Shown here in pieces: positions 21,864-33,711 of a stretch of DNA of 35,967 nucleotides (the first letter of the stretch is position 1; every line of letters starts with the position of its first letter). The position numbers and the translations under genes are program-made. The stretch comes from Nemertoderma westbladi (Eukaryota; Animalia; Xenacoelomorpha). The stretch covers positions 1 to 35,967 of the forward strand of contig JAUCBJ010004985.1 in assembly GCA_032718475.1 (NCBI GenBank). Direction: 5' to 3'. Under the pieces are notes generated by a model that did no database searches, had not been told where the DNA came from, and saw only the letters and a list, made by a program, of their open reading frames with translations.

Positions 21864-22886
21864 CCTATAAACCCCCCCTGCGACCCAAATGTTTTACTCC
21901 GGGGCTGTTACGGCGTCTCCAAGGGATCCGGTTGTTGCTAGAGTATATTGAATACCGCTGAATTCGGGTCTGCTTAGTCTGATATTTTATTCTTCCAATT
22001 AAAACAACGCGACAATCCTGTTCGTACTAAGAGGATTTTCCTGAGTATTCTGAGCACTTATTTCGATCCATTGGGATTTATTAGCCCAGTTATATTGGTT
22101 GCTCGGAGTTTAGTTCAACAAATGTGGCTTGAAAACCACTCTTGGGATTATCCACTTAAGGGAGAACTGTTAAAGAAGTGGATGAAGTGGGAAGACTCTT
22201 TACCAGCTATTGAGAATTTTAAGATTTCCTACTCGCATTTCGTTCACATTCTCCACACTTATTCATATCAGCTCCATGACTTTGGAGATGCCAGTGATAT
22301 TGGAATAGGTATAGTAGCCTATTTGAGTGTCGAAACTCCTGAAGGAATTAAAGTTTCATTGGCTGCCTCAAAGGCTTTGATAAATAACAAACTAAGGGTC
22401 CCTAGATTGGAGCTAAAATCGGCATTATACACTACCTCCATTAGCAGGAATATTACTGAACAGATAGAATATCAGTTGGATAAAACTTTTTATTGGACAG
22501 ATGTATTACTCGTTCTAGAATATCTTACTAACGAAGTCTGCCAGTTCAGCGTCTTTGTCACTAACCAAGTAGCTATTATGCTTAGTCGCACTAATTTTAG
22601 ATCAATGGAGACAATGCCCTGGAACCATTAACCCAGCTGACATAGCCTCTAGAGGAGCTACACCAAAAGAACTGATGGATACTCCTAATTGGTTAGGTGG
22701 CCCTGACTTCTTAAGTAAACCAGAGGAGGAATGCCCCCCCCCCCATCTTACTACGGATGAGATCAGACAAACCAAAGGAGCAAAAACCATTAAACCTAAA
22801 ACCCGGACGAGTAAATCTAAACTGTTCAAACCAGCAATCAATCTGTCAGTCCTGCATATGGCCAGTGACGATAATAAAGATCCTAA

Positions 22887-24728
22887 TGAAGAAAGATAAT
22901 AATAATAATAATAATAATTCAATATTTATAAAGCGCTTATTTAAAAAACAAGTAATTATTCTAAGCGCTGAGCACTCTCCTTAAGTAAAAAGTAAAATAC
23001 GTGTCGTTTAAAAGACCCGTAGTTATTTTTGGGCCAGGAGCACTGTACTGTAAAATAATTAAATAAAATAATGTTATACGATACATGAGTTCGAATAAAA
23101 CAGTTTTTAGTTGAATTTTAGTTTTGAGTAACCGTTTAAATTTGTCGAGGTTGACTGAGAGTCGGATATCGCGTGGTAGTTTGTTCCAAAGTGCCGGCGC
23201 TGAGACAGCGAACGCACGTCCACCGAGGGTTGAGTGTTTATGTGGTGGAACACGTAGGACCAATGAGTTTGAAGATCGGCTGTTGTGTGGGTTACTATAG
23301 AGATTGAGAAGGTCGATTAGGTAAGCTGGACAGATGTTGTTGAGGCATTTTAATGTCAATAAACATATTTTAAATTCGATACGGGAGCGGATAGGTAGCC
23401 AATGAAGGGATTGCAATATTGGTGTGATGTGATCATAGCGAGATCCATGCACGACCAATCTGGCGGCTGTATTTTGTATTCTTTGAAGTTTTTTGATTTT
23501 GGTGTCTGGAAGGCCATAGAGAAGGGCGTTGCAATAATCGAGTTTCCTGGAAATTAATGCATGAATAAGGGATTCGGTGCATTTTCGAGAGAGAAATGGT
23601 CGGACCCTATGTATGTTACGGAGATGGTAGAAGGCACTGCTAGTTGTGGTGGAATAAAAAAAAAAATTGACATATGATCATCAAAAATTGCACCAAGGTT
23701 ACGAACCTTCGCAGAGGACTCGATTACATGATCGCCAACAATGATTGAGGTGCTGCTAACTTTGGCTAGTTGCTGCGGTGTACCAATTATCATGAGTTCG
23801 GTCTTGTCATCATTTATCTTTAGCCAGTTTTCGATGAACCACTGTCTAAGTTCTTTGATGCAGTTTTCCATAGAGCGGATGGCTGAATCTTCGGATGTGA
23901 GACAATCTGGCTTAAATGAAAGGTATAATTGTACATCGTTAGCATACCCTTGAGCCTCAGGTAGATTACGCTGTATGATGATGTAGATTTGGGCAATGTA
24001 GATGATGAAGAGGATGCAGCCGAGACATGATCCCTGAGGAAATCCGTGGAGCACACAGAAGGTCCGGGAGAAACATCTTTGTACTTTTACTCGCTGTCTC
24101 CTGTTACCTATGTATGATTTAAACCAATCATTCCCTATCCACAGTATCAAAGGCTGCGCTGAGGTCGATGAAGACGAGGAGGGTGACCTTTTGGTTGTCC
24201 ATGGCGGACAGGATGTCGGAGTGAACATGTACTAATGTGGTCTCGGTACTATGATGAGGCCGATATGACGATATATTTGTAGGCAACATTTCCAATACGT
24301 GTGTCATGATTTGGGAAAGCACGATTCTCTCGGTCGTCTTAGACAGAAAGGTTGACCCGCTTACCGGCCGATAAATGTTGAGGATAATCGAATTTAACTT
24401 CAGTTTCTTTATAAGGGGAGAGATTATCACCTTGGACCAAAAGTGAGGAAAATATCCGGTAGTGATTGACTTATTGATTATCTCTGTGATGACAGGCAAT
24501 AGTTGATCGATGGCCTTTTTGACAAGGTAAGTTGGTCCTGGTTCGTTGTTGCACTGTTTGTTTGCTGACTTTAATATTAGTTTTTTGACTTCGGGTTGTG
24601 ATACTGGTCGAAATTGGGAGAAAGGGTCAATAGTTTGTTTTTGCAATGGTTGCGTTGCTGAACTCCCTGTTTTAGCATCAGGTTGCGTGGTTGTGGCCGT
24701 AATATTCATATTTGATCTCATTGATCCG
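22887..24728 (-). mobile_element. 5'-truncated L2/CR1-group LINE, decayed
   Basis: TSD AAGATCCTAA (22877-22886, 24729-24738). Minus-strand tail GCGCTTTATAAAT..(ATT)n. Motifs YRPVS, HSTETTL, FIDLSAAFDTVD, PQGSCLG, YANDVQLY, KTE, RNLG, DYCNALLYG, LHWLPI..RI.FK, APALWNKLP. Several frameshifts. Confidence 0.92.
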
Positions 24729-26479
24729 AAGATCCTAAGTCCCGAGACCAAAGTAAGGCAGTTGTATATATTAGAGACCGAGATTGGAAGACTGGTATAC
24801 CTTATGTCTCTGAAAGACTCTCTCGTATTAGTCAGAGAGCGATGGCGTATTATAGTTCCTGGAACAGGCTTTGTTAAGCCATAACATACTTGAAAATGCT
24901 GAAAAGGTAGTCGAAGAAGTCAACGCCATTAAAGACCTTCCCAGTTATCAGCTACCTACCAAGTTTCTTGCTAACAAGATCAGTTACCAGGAGCATGATG
25001 ATACCAACAAGCAACTACTGAGACTTCTACAATGTCATGAGGATCCTGAGAAGTTTTTCCTGTTGTTGAGAAATCCGCAGATGCGGTTAAGGTATTCCTT
25101 TTCTAGCACGATGTTTGATGGCCTAATAGGTGTTTGAGGGAGATTAACCAACATACCCCTTTCCTTTGACACCAAGTTTTCCATATTGGTTAGAAATCTT
25201 GAGATACAAATCAAGATGATTGTAGACATACACATTGAACTTTATCATGCCAGAAGGGAACGAGTTCTTAGTGAAATTAGAACCCGCTATTATTTTCATA
25301 AACGGCGTTCATGTTCAATGAACGTTCAATCAGCGTTCATGCTGAATCATGTTCTTAGGAACTGTATACCATGTAGGAAAGCATTTAGTAGGCCTTTAAC
25401 CCAGCGAGAGGCAGAATTACCTTGGGGAAGAGTAAGCTGTTATGAACCACCCTTTACCAATACTGGTGTGGATTTATTTGGACCTATTGAAGTGTATCGC
25501 GCTAGAACTATAGTCAAGCGATGGTGCATTATATTTGTTTGTATGATTTGTAGAGCGATTCATCTGGATATGGTGAATGATTTATCTACCAATAGTTTCA
25601 TACTCAGTTAGCGCCTACAAATCGCTTGTTTTGGGACTAGCAGCTAGCAACACTATGCGATCGGATAAGGGTACAAACTTCATCGGAGCCAACAACGAGA
25701 TTAAAGCTTACGTCAATGACTGGAACCAAAGGCAGGTAGGCGATTAGCTGAAAGTGAGCGCATGCAGCTGGACCTTCAATGCCGCGGATGCTCCTTGATG
25801 GGGAGGAAGTTGGGAGAGACTTATACGCAGTGTTAAGACCGCATTTCACTTTGTCGTGCCGTGCCATGCCATGCGTATCTCACTGACGAACTCCTGCGAA
25901 TGCTGATGGATGAAATCGCCGCTTATGCCAGTCTCCTCGAATCATGATTCCTTAGAAGAATTAACACGTGCGCATTTTCTGCTCAAGAAGCCAGTGGCCA
26001 TGCTTCCCATATCAGAGATTAATGTTGGGGAGAAATACTGTAAACAGATGTGGCAACTGATGCAGTTGTTATCCCGCCGTTTTGCGAAATACATTTTGAG
26101 AAATACTATCTTTCAACGCTGCAACTCAGAACTAAATTGTTTGCGCAGCAAGAAAATATCAGTGCAAGAGACATGGTTCTAATAGTCGATTCGGATCTTC
26201 CCCGCAAGAGGTGGCAGATTGGTCGTATCATCGAGACCCAGATATCCAACGATGGTTTCATGCGATCGGTAGAACTCATAGTTATGAGGCGTAACCATAG
26301 GAAGAAAGGAATAGTCTCCGAGACTCAACAACTCAATCGCCCAATTGGTCATCTGTGTCTGTTAGAGCAAGACCGAGAGTTATCCGGGAACTACGGTAAA
26401 CAGGGAACTCTACCAACGACCATCTCCCAGATCCAATATACATCTATAGACTCAATAACTCATTATTTACAGGAGCAGG

Positions 26480-26915
26480 TGTGTGAGAACCCTTTATTTG
26501 TCTTTATTTTATATTTTATGTGCGCCTTATTATGTAATTATATATTATTATAATAATTTTTATTTAATTTTATTTAGTAGAATAATTCTATAAGCAATTA
26601 TTCAGTAAATTAGTGCAATACCCTATGTATGCCATATTAATTAATATTATAATACATATTATATTTTAGTTAATGACTGGAAATAATTTAATTTTTTCTC
26701 CTTTTCCTTACTGTCCGTATATTATTATAAATACGTGATTACAGAAAGATAGGTCACTTAATAAAATAAATTCTTCTTTGGTTCTACTGTACTTTATGTA
26801 TTATTGATAAAAGTAGAGTATTAGGAATGCAAAGTTCAGATCCTCGTGTCTCGGCTAAACCAAGCTCCGGGTAGCTCGGTAGACGTTGGAAACGACTTAC
26901 CTCTTCTCACTGACA
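26480..26915 (+). repeat. Candidate 3' LTR of the BEL/Pao element (436 bp)
   Basis: Purine-rich AGGAGCAGG immediately precedes TGTGTGAGAA. Ends TTCTCACTGACA, an imperfect inverted match. AATAAA near 26760. No second LTR in the window to confirm. Confidence 0.6.
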
Positions 26916-27931
26916 TTGTTTATTGCAATATTGCTCTCATACCGTAGTCCTAAAATAATAGTATAGTAGGAGATGTACATTTAACAGTAAATCTGTTAAA
27001 CCATTTGACCATCTGAAATTCTAGTCGATTAAGATATTGTGGCACCCACTGATATACTTAAAAGACAAAATTTATAGAATCAGTGGTTAACGTCCCCAGA
27101 CATGTTCTGGAATAAATCGGTGCCCATCCTAATTAAAAATAATAAAATTCATGGGAATAAATTTTAAATTCATGTCCCCTCATGAATTAAATGAAATTGT
27201 CAATTTAAGACAATTTATTAAAAAATTCCCTAAAATTACTCAATTAATAGATCGTGGGAGCGGAGATCACCCTATTACAACATTGTGAGAGAATCTCCTA
27301 ATGTGCATTTAAATAGCCGACAAAATTAATAAACATCATATAAAGGGAATAATAATAACCCGAGAGTCACTATTAAATATTACCCCAGATCTGTATGCAT
27401 GAGAAATACCCTAATTCTACTGCTAGTTGAGCATAATGTCACCTTAGCAACAACAGCGCTAGTATTAAATACAGAAAAAGAACATTAGAAAGCTTGCCTC
27501 ATTGATTAGAACGCATAGTGTATAGTAGCCAGGGATACACAACAACATCGTGACATTCTGGAAGCACTGACTAACGGAAATGTGGCCATAAATGTATGAT
27601 TTGTTGTACGAATGTGGATTTGTGTGTTTATAGGTGAATGATACTACAAAAGTGTGTTTACAGTAGCGAGCCGCAATTGTGAAAGTCATCCTGTACCTGC
27701 AATCATTACCTCAAATATATTGAGTTGAGCCCTTGAAACGGAAAGTTAGAGTGACTCACGCTGGTTGTTGTTGTCATTGTGTAGCTACAATGTTGGTGAA
27801 GATCATAGCGATAGCAGTACGCCAGCGCTGAGGACCTCTGACTGTCCGTAGAGCAGTTGGGAGAAGAGGCAGTGACGCCTGCTGGCCTTCTTAGTATAAC
27901 TCTATATATTGACAAACTCTCACTTATATAC

Positions 27932-29990
27932 AATGTTGGACTTCATAAAAGAGAATCTTGATATTATGGAGAGATATACTCAACCTCTACAAGCATTCCT
28001 CGATAGTCTATTAAGCGGTGATATTGGTAAAGAACCTGCAGCGGATGATAAACGATACGTCGAGCCATTGATGACAGAAGAACAACTCCAGCGTGAATTA
28101 GATTATTGAAGGTTCACCTCGAGCTACAATCATTGAAATGATATGTATATGGATTTTCTAAATATGTGACACCCTATCGATCTACACGATACTGACTATC
28201 TAGACACATAAACTGAGATGGTTTTATTTTGATCCCATGCGCAAAGACAACGTCGCAATAAACCAAGAATCGAGCATGATATCAGCCCCGAACGCGTGTA
28301 ATCTCTGCCAGAGTTTTAGGGAAACACTCAAATGACCGGAAGAGAAGAATCAGTGAGAGTAGAAGCATATCGCGATTGGCGCAGTTTATAGTTTTATGAG
28401 CATTCCCCTCTGTCCTTCCTTGGCCATCTAAGCCATATTCGAAAATACCGCACTTTCCAGGTGGTTAGCTGATGTGTTCAGTCAAACCATACATTCCCAT
28501 CCACTTACCCTGGGAACTAAGCTCGCTAAGTTAGATGAACATAACAAATTCATCCGATTTGAATGTTTCAGGCGCTTTCTGACTGAACTCACCTGCACAC
28601 ACTGCACTGACCAAACTCAGCCTGCAGGACTCTGCCTCTGAGAAACTAGATAGTGCTGGATTTGCAATCTTTAAAGATGTTTGCATTTAAAATATGCATT
28701 CCTCTGTTCTACAGAGAATCCATGGGGATATTCCGTCATGGAAATCCAAACTGTAGATTCTTCAAAAAGAATGACCACATCTATTGAAGTTCTCCAGACC
28801 GAAGAGGAACCTGTCTATTTGGAGGCAGATGAAATCCAACCGATGACTTCTAGGAGCAATGATGATGATCACACTCTGGAGTGGTATTAAGGCCCTCAAC
28901 ATCTTACAGCCTATGATTATAGACATGCCAGCTATATTTCCCAGAAGAGGTGCCGATTATGCGCCTCTCGTGATCACACTACTCCATTAGACTCTGACGA
29001 ACTTTGTTCTTATTTCAAAGACAAACCCTTAATGGAGATTTATTGTGCTTATTGCCACATCAATAATAAGCATATCTTCGTTGTTTGTCCTTAGTTTATG
29101 ACACAATGTCATTACTGTCAACTTAAAGGACACACTAGTTGTGATTGCCCTTTTAGCGAAAGTCAACATCGAAAGTGTAGACAAGTTAATTGTACTTCGA
29201 TACATACGAGCTTGGGAAGCCAGCGCAAATCTTGAGTCTGTGAGTCGCGCCATCATCATTATTCGGGACATGCGTAAGAGGGAGTGTATACATTTCACCC
29301 CTTCTCTTTCCCATAGTCAAGCAAAAAACTTGTATTTCCAGCTACAAATTAATCAAAAACATTGGTTAGTGTATTTCCACCAAATATGTCTGGAAATATT
29401 TACGAAATATTAATCCGAGTAATATTGAATCTTATCATTTGATTAGCTTTATTAGTAGAGACCCCGAGTACATTGAGACGTTTGTAAATGCACAACCTGA
29501 GTTACAAGAAGTCCACCGACGTCCTTTATGAGTACAAAGAGAACGGGAATTAGAAAGAACCATTAAAGCCCGAAAATTCCTGACTACTCACAGTCCACCT
29601 ACGGTGGTCGTACAGATGACTAAGATGGGACCAGTACAGGCTGCTGTCCTGAGACGGGCCTTAAAGGTTGTGCGCCCTCAATCCCTTGGGTCCTCTAATA
29701 AATGTGTTGATATCACAGGCCAATCAAAGGAGAGGAGAGAACCTCATATCGACATTGCTCAACCGAGTACCTCGACCGGCGGATACACCGACCGAAATTC
29801 AAATCATTCTTATGCAATTGTATTGGACCCTTCCCCCAGGCGCTATAGCTATCTTATTAAAGTGGCTCGTGCAGAGGAGAAAAAGACTGACTACTCAAAA
29901 GTTTAAGAAATTCTGTAAACGTTGTTCTAGAAAGAGGGATTGATTATTTAGAGTAGTAAACTTATTAGAAACTGTGACTCTAGGTATATG
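27932..29990 (+). pseudogene. Decayed ORF of about 2 kb with several CxxC motifs and CCHC zinc knuckles, probably retrotransposon-derived
   Basis: One frame gives CRLCASRDH (28951), CAYCHINNKHIFVVC (29044) and canonical CX2CX4HX4C CHYCQLKGHTSCDC (29107-29148), with CNLC, CTHC and CWIC upstream. Many stops and frameshifts; boundaries approximate. Confidence 0.6.
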
Positions 29991-30022
29991 TTATAGACTT
30001 AAGTCCCATTTTCTGGGAGCGG

Positions 30023-30532
30023 TGTTAAAGGTTTTGTAGCAAAAATGTGTCGTTTTTGTGCAATACGCAAACTACTCTAAAACTGGTAGTATCTCAAGGG
30101 ATTTGAGAACTTAGAAAACTAAGGCCCTTTAGCGTTTATTTTGGTATAGTGCTATGTTGACGAAATTAGCGTTTATTTTGGTATAGAGCTATAGTAACGT
30201 AATCACCAGCCATTGGACAGTATTTTCTTTGTCCCATAGCCTCTATGTTATTTTCCCGGCCAATCTATTTTCCGGAACAATTTTCACTTTATGGTTTCTT
30301 GAGGCCTTGTTTACATATGAATATGCCGCAGTGCGACAAAATCATTGATTCTCACTTCTGCCCAAGACCATCAGCGGTCAGAGGGCTATCAAGCACAGTC
30401 AATTATCTCTCCACTTACTGCAGTCAGTCTCTGCACTCTCTTCACTTATGGCAAATATCTGACTGCTGATTAACTGCTGGCACCGCATATTTTATACTGT
30501 TTTATACTGTTATTCATTGTTGTTTGGTAACA
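30023..30532 (+). repeat. Candidate LTR (510 bp) of a second LTR retrotransposon
   Basis: PPT-like GGGAGCGG (30015-30022) directly before TGTTA; ends TAACA at 30532. Internal direct repeat TTAGCGTTTATTTTGGTATAG at about 30129 and 30167. No partner LTR in the window. Confidence 0.45.
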
Positions 30533-31502
30533 TATTTAATGGATGCTTATATTTGGAGAATACATAAGAATAATCGATAATTTCCCCTAACTTTCTTTAT
30601 TATTGAGGTAAGCAGAATGGAACATAAGTAACAATTGCTTGGCTCAAATTACAGTGGTCTGTATGATTTTTATGCTATTCCATAACCCAAACGTAAGTGA
30701 GCTAAATTTCTCCTTATATATGAGTAAAATTGGTAACAGTCAGCAAATTAACGTGTTTCAGTACTATTGTCGGTAAAGTGAGTGCGAGCGAATAATTATA
30801 CATTCCTAAAGAATGTAAAAACGGTGACGTTTCATAACCCTCCGTTGTAATTAGTATAAGTCATAACTCTGTCTGATATTTAAAGCGCAGCATCTAAAGG
30901 AACTGTTGATATTGCCCTGAAAGTAAACATAGTTTTTGGAGATCATATAGTAGAGATCAATCGAATAATACAAAGTAGCCTACCACACTCTCGGCTATAG
31001 AATTCAGTCCCCCACACACAGTGGGTCATACGCCGCGCTAGAATGGCTTCTACTGTGGTCATATTTTGTACGGGCTGTCAGACATCATAAGACACATAAA
31101 TTAGCAGGTTAAACTGTTAAAGGTCTAAAAGCGCGGACATACACCAACCGTAAATTCAACATTTATTAGAAGCTATTGATGATAAAAATTTGAATATTGA
31201 CAGCGTAGCAGCAGCATTGTGTATTCAAAATTTCAAAAATTTTACATTTGGCCTACAGAATTATGTGAGTCCGTATCAAAATATTTATTGGGTGATAGTG
31301 TAAAACATTGAACCCAACATACTCTATGATGCAATGGGAAAATCCGCTCAGGGAAGAAAATTAATAAATAAAGAAACTGCAAGGTGGTGTCCTGAAAATG
31401 AAGTCTCATCTCACTGCTTACTGTATACAGATAAAGTCAATCAACAAAGCAGTTAAACAATCTATTCGGCTTCTAGACAGCCGATAACTTATAACCCTTC
31501 GG

Positions 31503-32398
31503 CCGCTCAGCCTTCGGCGGTGGACCACACCGACCTGGACCCCAAAGTGTTCCGGGACAACCTTGCCTTGAAGTATGGGTTGACGCCGCCTGGCCTCCCG
31601 GCTAAGTGCGAGGGGTGTGGGGAGTCTTTTTCGACATCCCACGCCCTTAATTGCAAGTCGGGGGGCTTGATTATCAAGCGGCACAACGAGGTGCGGGAGG
31701 TCTTCGGGGACTTAATCGCGTCCGCGTTCGGGGGCTCGTGCGCGTCCAGCGTGAGGTTACGCTGGCGTCCGGCTACCTGGACAGACAGGGCCGCGAGGTG
31801 GGTGGAGTAAGGGCGGACCTTCTGGCGAGGGGAGTCTGGGCCGAACAGAGGGTGGCGTCATTTGACATTGCAGTTGTAAACGCTGACGCCCCCTCTTATG
31901 TTAACCGGTCCCTAGACTCCGTTCTCCAGCAGAGGGTCCGTGCGAAGAAGGTACACTATGCCGCAGTGTGCGAGGACCGTCGGATCTCCTTCACCCCCCT
32001 AGTCGGAACCACCGACGGGGTGTGGTGCAAGGAGGCCGATATCCTAATCCGCCACCTCGCGGAGACCCTGGTAGCCCGGCAGCGTGGGATGCGCGAGCGA
32101 GGCCTAGCCTGTGTGCTGTGCGGAGTGCGGAGGCGCCTATTGTTTGCGCTGCTGCGCTCAAACTCCCTGTGCCTGCGTGGCGGTAGGCGGCCATGGAGGG
32201 CGCTCGGGTTTGGGGACAGTGCCGGTCTGCGGGGGTTTGACCTCCAAGACCGGTACTGAATCCAAGTTTTAGACTTGTGTTTGGTGGAGGGATGTAAAAA
32301 TTCTTACTAAATTTAATTTTGGTGGTGGTGGAAATTAAAATTAAAAATTGTATTTGACTTTTTATTAATTATAATTAATATTATTAAGTAACATTAAA
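31503..32398 (+). mobile_element. 5'-truncated CRE-clade non-LTR retrotransposon (zinc finger + restriction-like endonuclease)
   Basis: FRDNLALKYG..CEGCG....SHALNCKSGG..IKRHNEVR, then RADLLARGVW, FDIAVVNADAPSY, KKVHY, FTPLVGTTDG, LCLRG; stop at 32259. One frameshift in the G-run at about 31730-31734. Perfect 13-bp TSD TATAACCCTTCGG (31490-31502, 32399-32411). Confidence 0.88.
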
Positions 32399-32687
32399 TA
32401 TAACCCTTCGGATGAATTCATTAATTTTAATCAATTAAATTAATTTATATTAATTGATTAATTACTTATTTAATTAACTTTATCATTTATTATCTACATA
32501 TAAGTATGTAGGTAGGCTATGCTTGCTTCACAATAATTAATTAATATTTCCAATACAATATACATTCCGCAAATAATTGATAATACATTCTATTGCGAGC
32601 ACTATTGCGTGAGTATACACTTGCCGCACAATTATTTAATTATACATTCTGTGCTGCACAATTAATTAATAATACATCGTTACCTTC

Positions 32688-33001
32688 AAGGCAGAACCCC
32701 CTAAGTCGATTTTTTTCGATTTTCATGTTTTTGACTTTTTGCGTAATTCGATATCGGCTTTTAGGTCTGGCAGAACCCCGAAGCTTTTCTACCAGCCATT
32801 TTTGAGTTACAGTATAAGCCAAAGACAGATCCCCGTAACTTATGCCCACTTCGAGGCAGAACCCCACAAGTCAATAATTGGCTTGCAAAACACCGTAAAT
32901 TCAAGTATATGAAATTCAGTCCACCTGGCAAAACCCCTTAAATTAGAAATAACAACCTGTAAAACCCCTTAAATCAGAAACAATAGCCTGGCAAAACCCC
33001 G
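32688..33001 (+). repeat. Cluster of GGCARAACCCC motifs, likely subterminal repeats of a DNA transposon remnant
   Basis: Motif near 32690, 32769, 32855, 32927, 32960 and 32990. Confidence 0.5.
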
Positions 33002-33039
33002 TAATTTATCATTTATATACTGGTTTGTATTGCGGCCAG

Positions 33040-33118
33040 GATACAAATATTAATAAGAGACACAAACATTATTGAGGGACGCAAACATTAATGAGGGACA
33101 CAAAACATTAATAGGGGT
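33040..33118 (-). repeat. About 4 degenerate inverted copies of the 19-bp minisatellite unit
   Basis: GAGGGACGCAAACATTAATGAGGGACACAAA is the reverse complement of the array units. Confidence 0.9.
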
Positions 33119-33711
33119 CCATGGTTGCCAATGGATATTAATATGAGCGATGGTGATGCTTGCCATCAGACGATCAGATATTAAGTGATTAACTGGAATT
33201 AATACTACCATGGGAACGTGAGCTTCGATCAAAGTACCGCCGTTTTGTATACATTCCATCTTCCTAATTAGATGGAAATTAATTGAAAGCGATGTTCGGT
33301 TCTGTTGTTCAGCTGCCTGTTTTGCTGCTACCCCCCCCCCCCCCCCCCCGGCTCTTATACCCTCATATTTTCAATTTACCTCCTACCACCACCATTCATG
33401 TTACCCCCCTCCCCCCCCCCCCCCCCCCCATTCCTGTCTCCCCCTCATGTTCATCACTTTTTTACTCCTACTCCTTCCCTTTTTAGTAACAACATCGTTT
33501 ATTGTTTTGGTTAGAAAAACCATCTCTGTAACCTGATCTTTTCCTTCAATTGGCAATAACATAGTTTATTGATTTGGTCAGTAAAATATGTCATTATTTA
33601 TTGTTGTTATTTTATTGCTTGACAGTAATGATAATTGTAATACTGTAATATATTGTATGCGTGTATGGGTGGTAACATGAATCATACTAAGCGCGAAGGG
33701 CGATAGTGCCC

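Larger units (their letters stand above)
21977..26915 (+). mobile_element. BEL/Pao LTR retrotransposon 3' half (RT end, RNase H, integrase, C-terminal domain, 3' LTR), decayed and split by an L2-like LINE
   Basis: TKR..LS...FDPLG, LHDFGDAS, VPRLEL, FYWTD, NPADIASRG, WLGGPDFL; after the insert YYSSWNRL, H..H..CIPC, PFTNTGVDLFGP, RAIHLDMVNDLST, DKGTNFIGA, GGSWERLIRSVK, WQIGRIIE...DG..RSV...RPI. Many frameshifts and stops. Gag, protease and 5' LTR are absent. Confidence 0.93.

Noticed and set aside
27400-29990. Endogenous viral glycoprotein or nucleoprotein captured by the BEL element
   Set aside because: It lies outside the candidate BEL 3' LTR, shows no signal peptide or transmembrane segment, and the CCHC knuckles point to a retroelement nucleic-acid-binding protein.
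33283-33514. Extensin-like polyproline ORFs
   Set aside because: Produced by poly-C tracts; no other coding signal.
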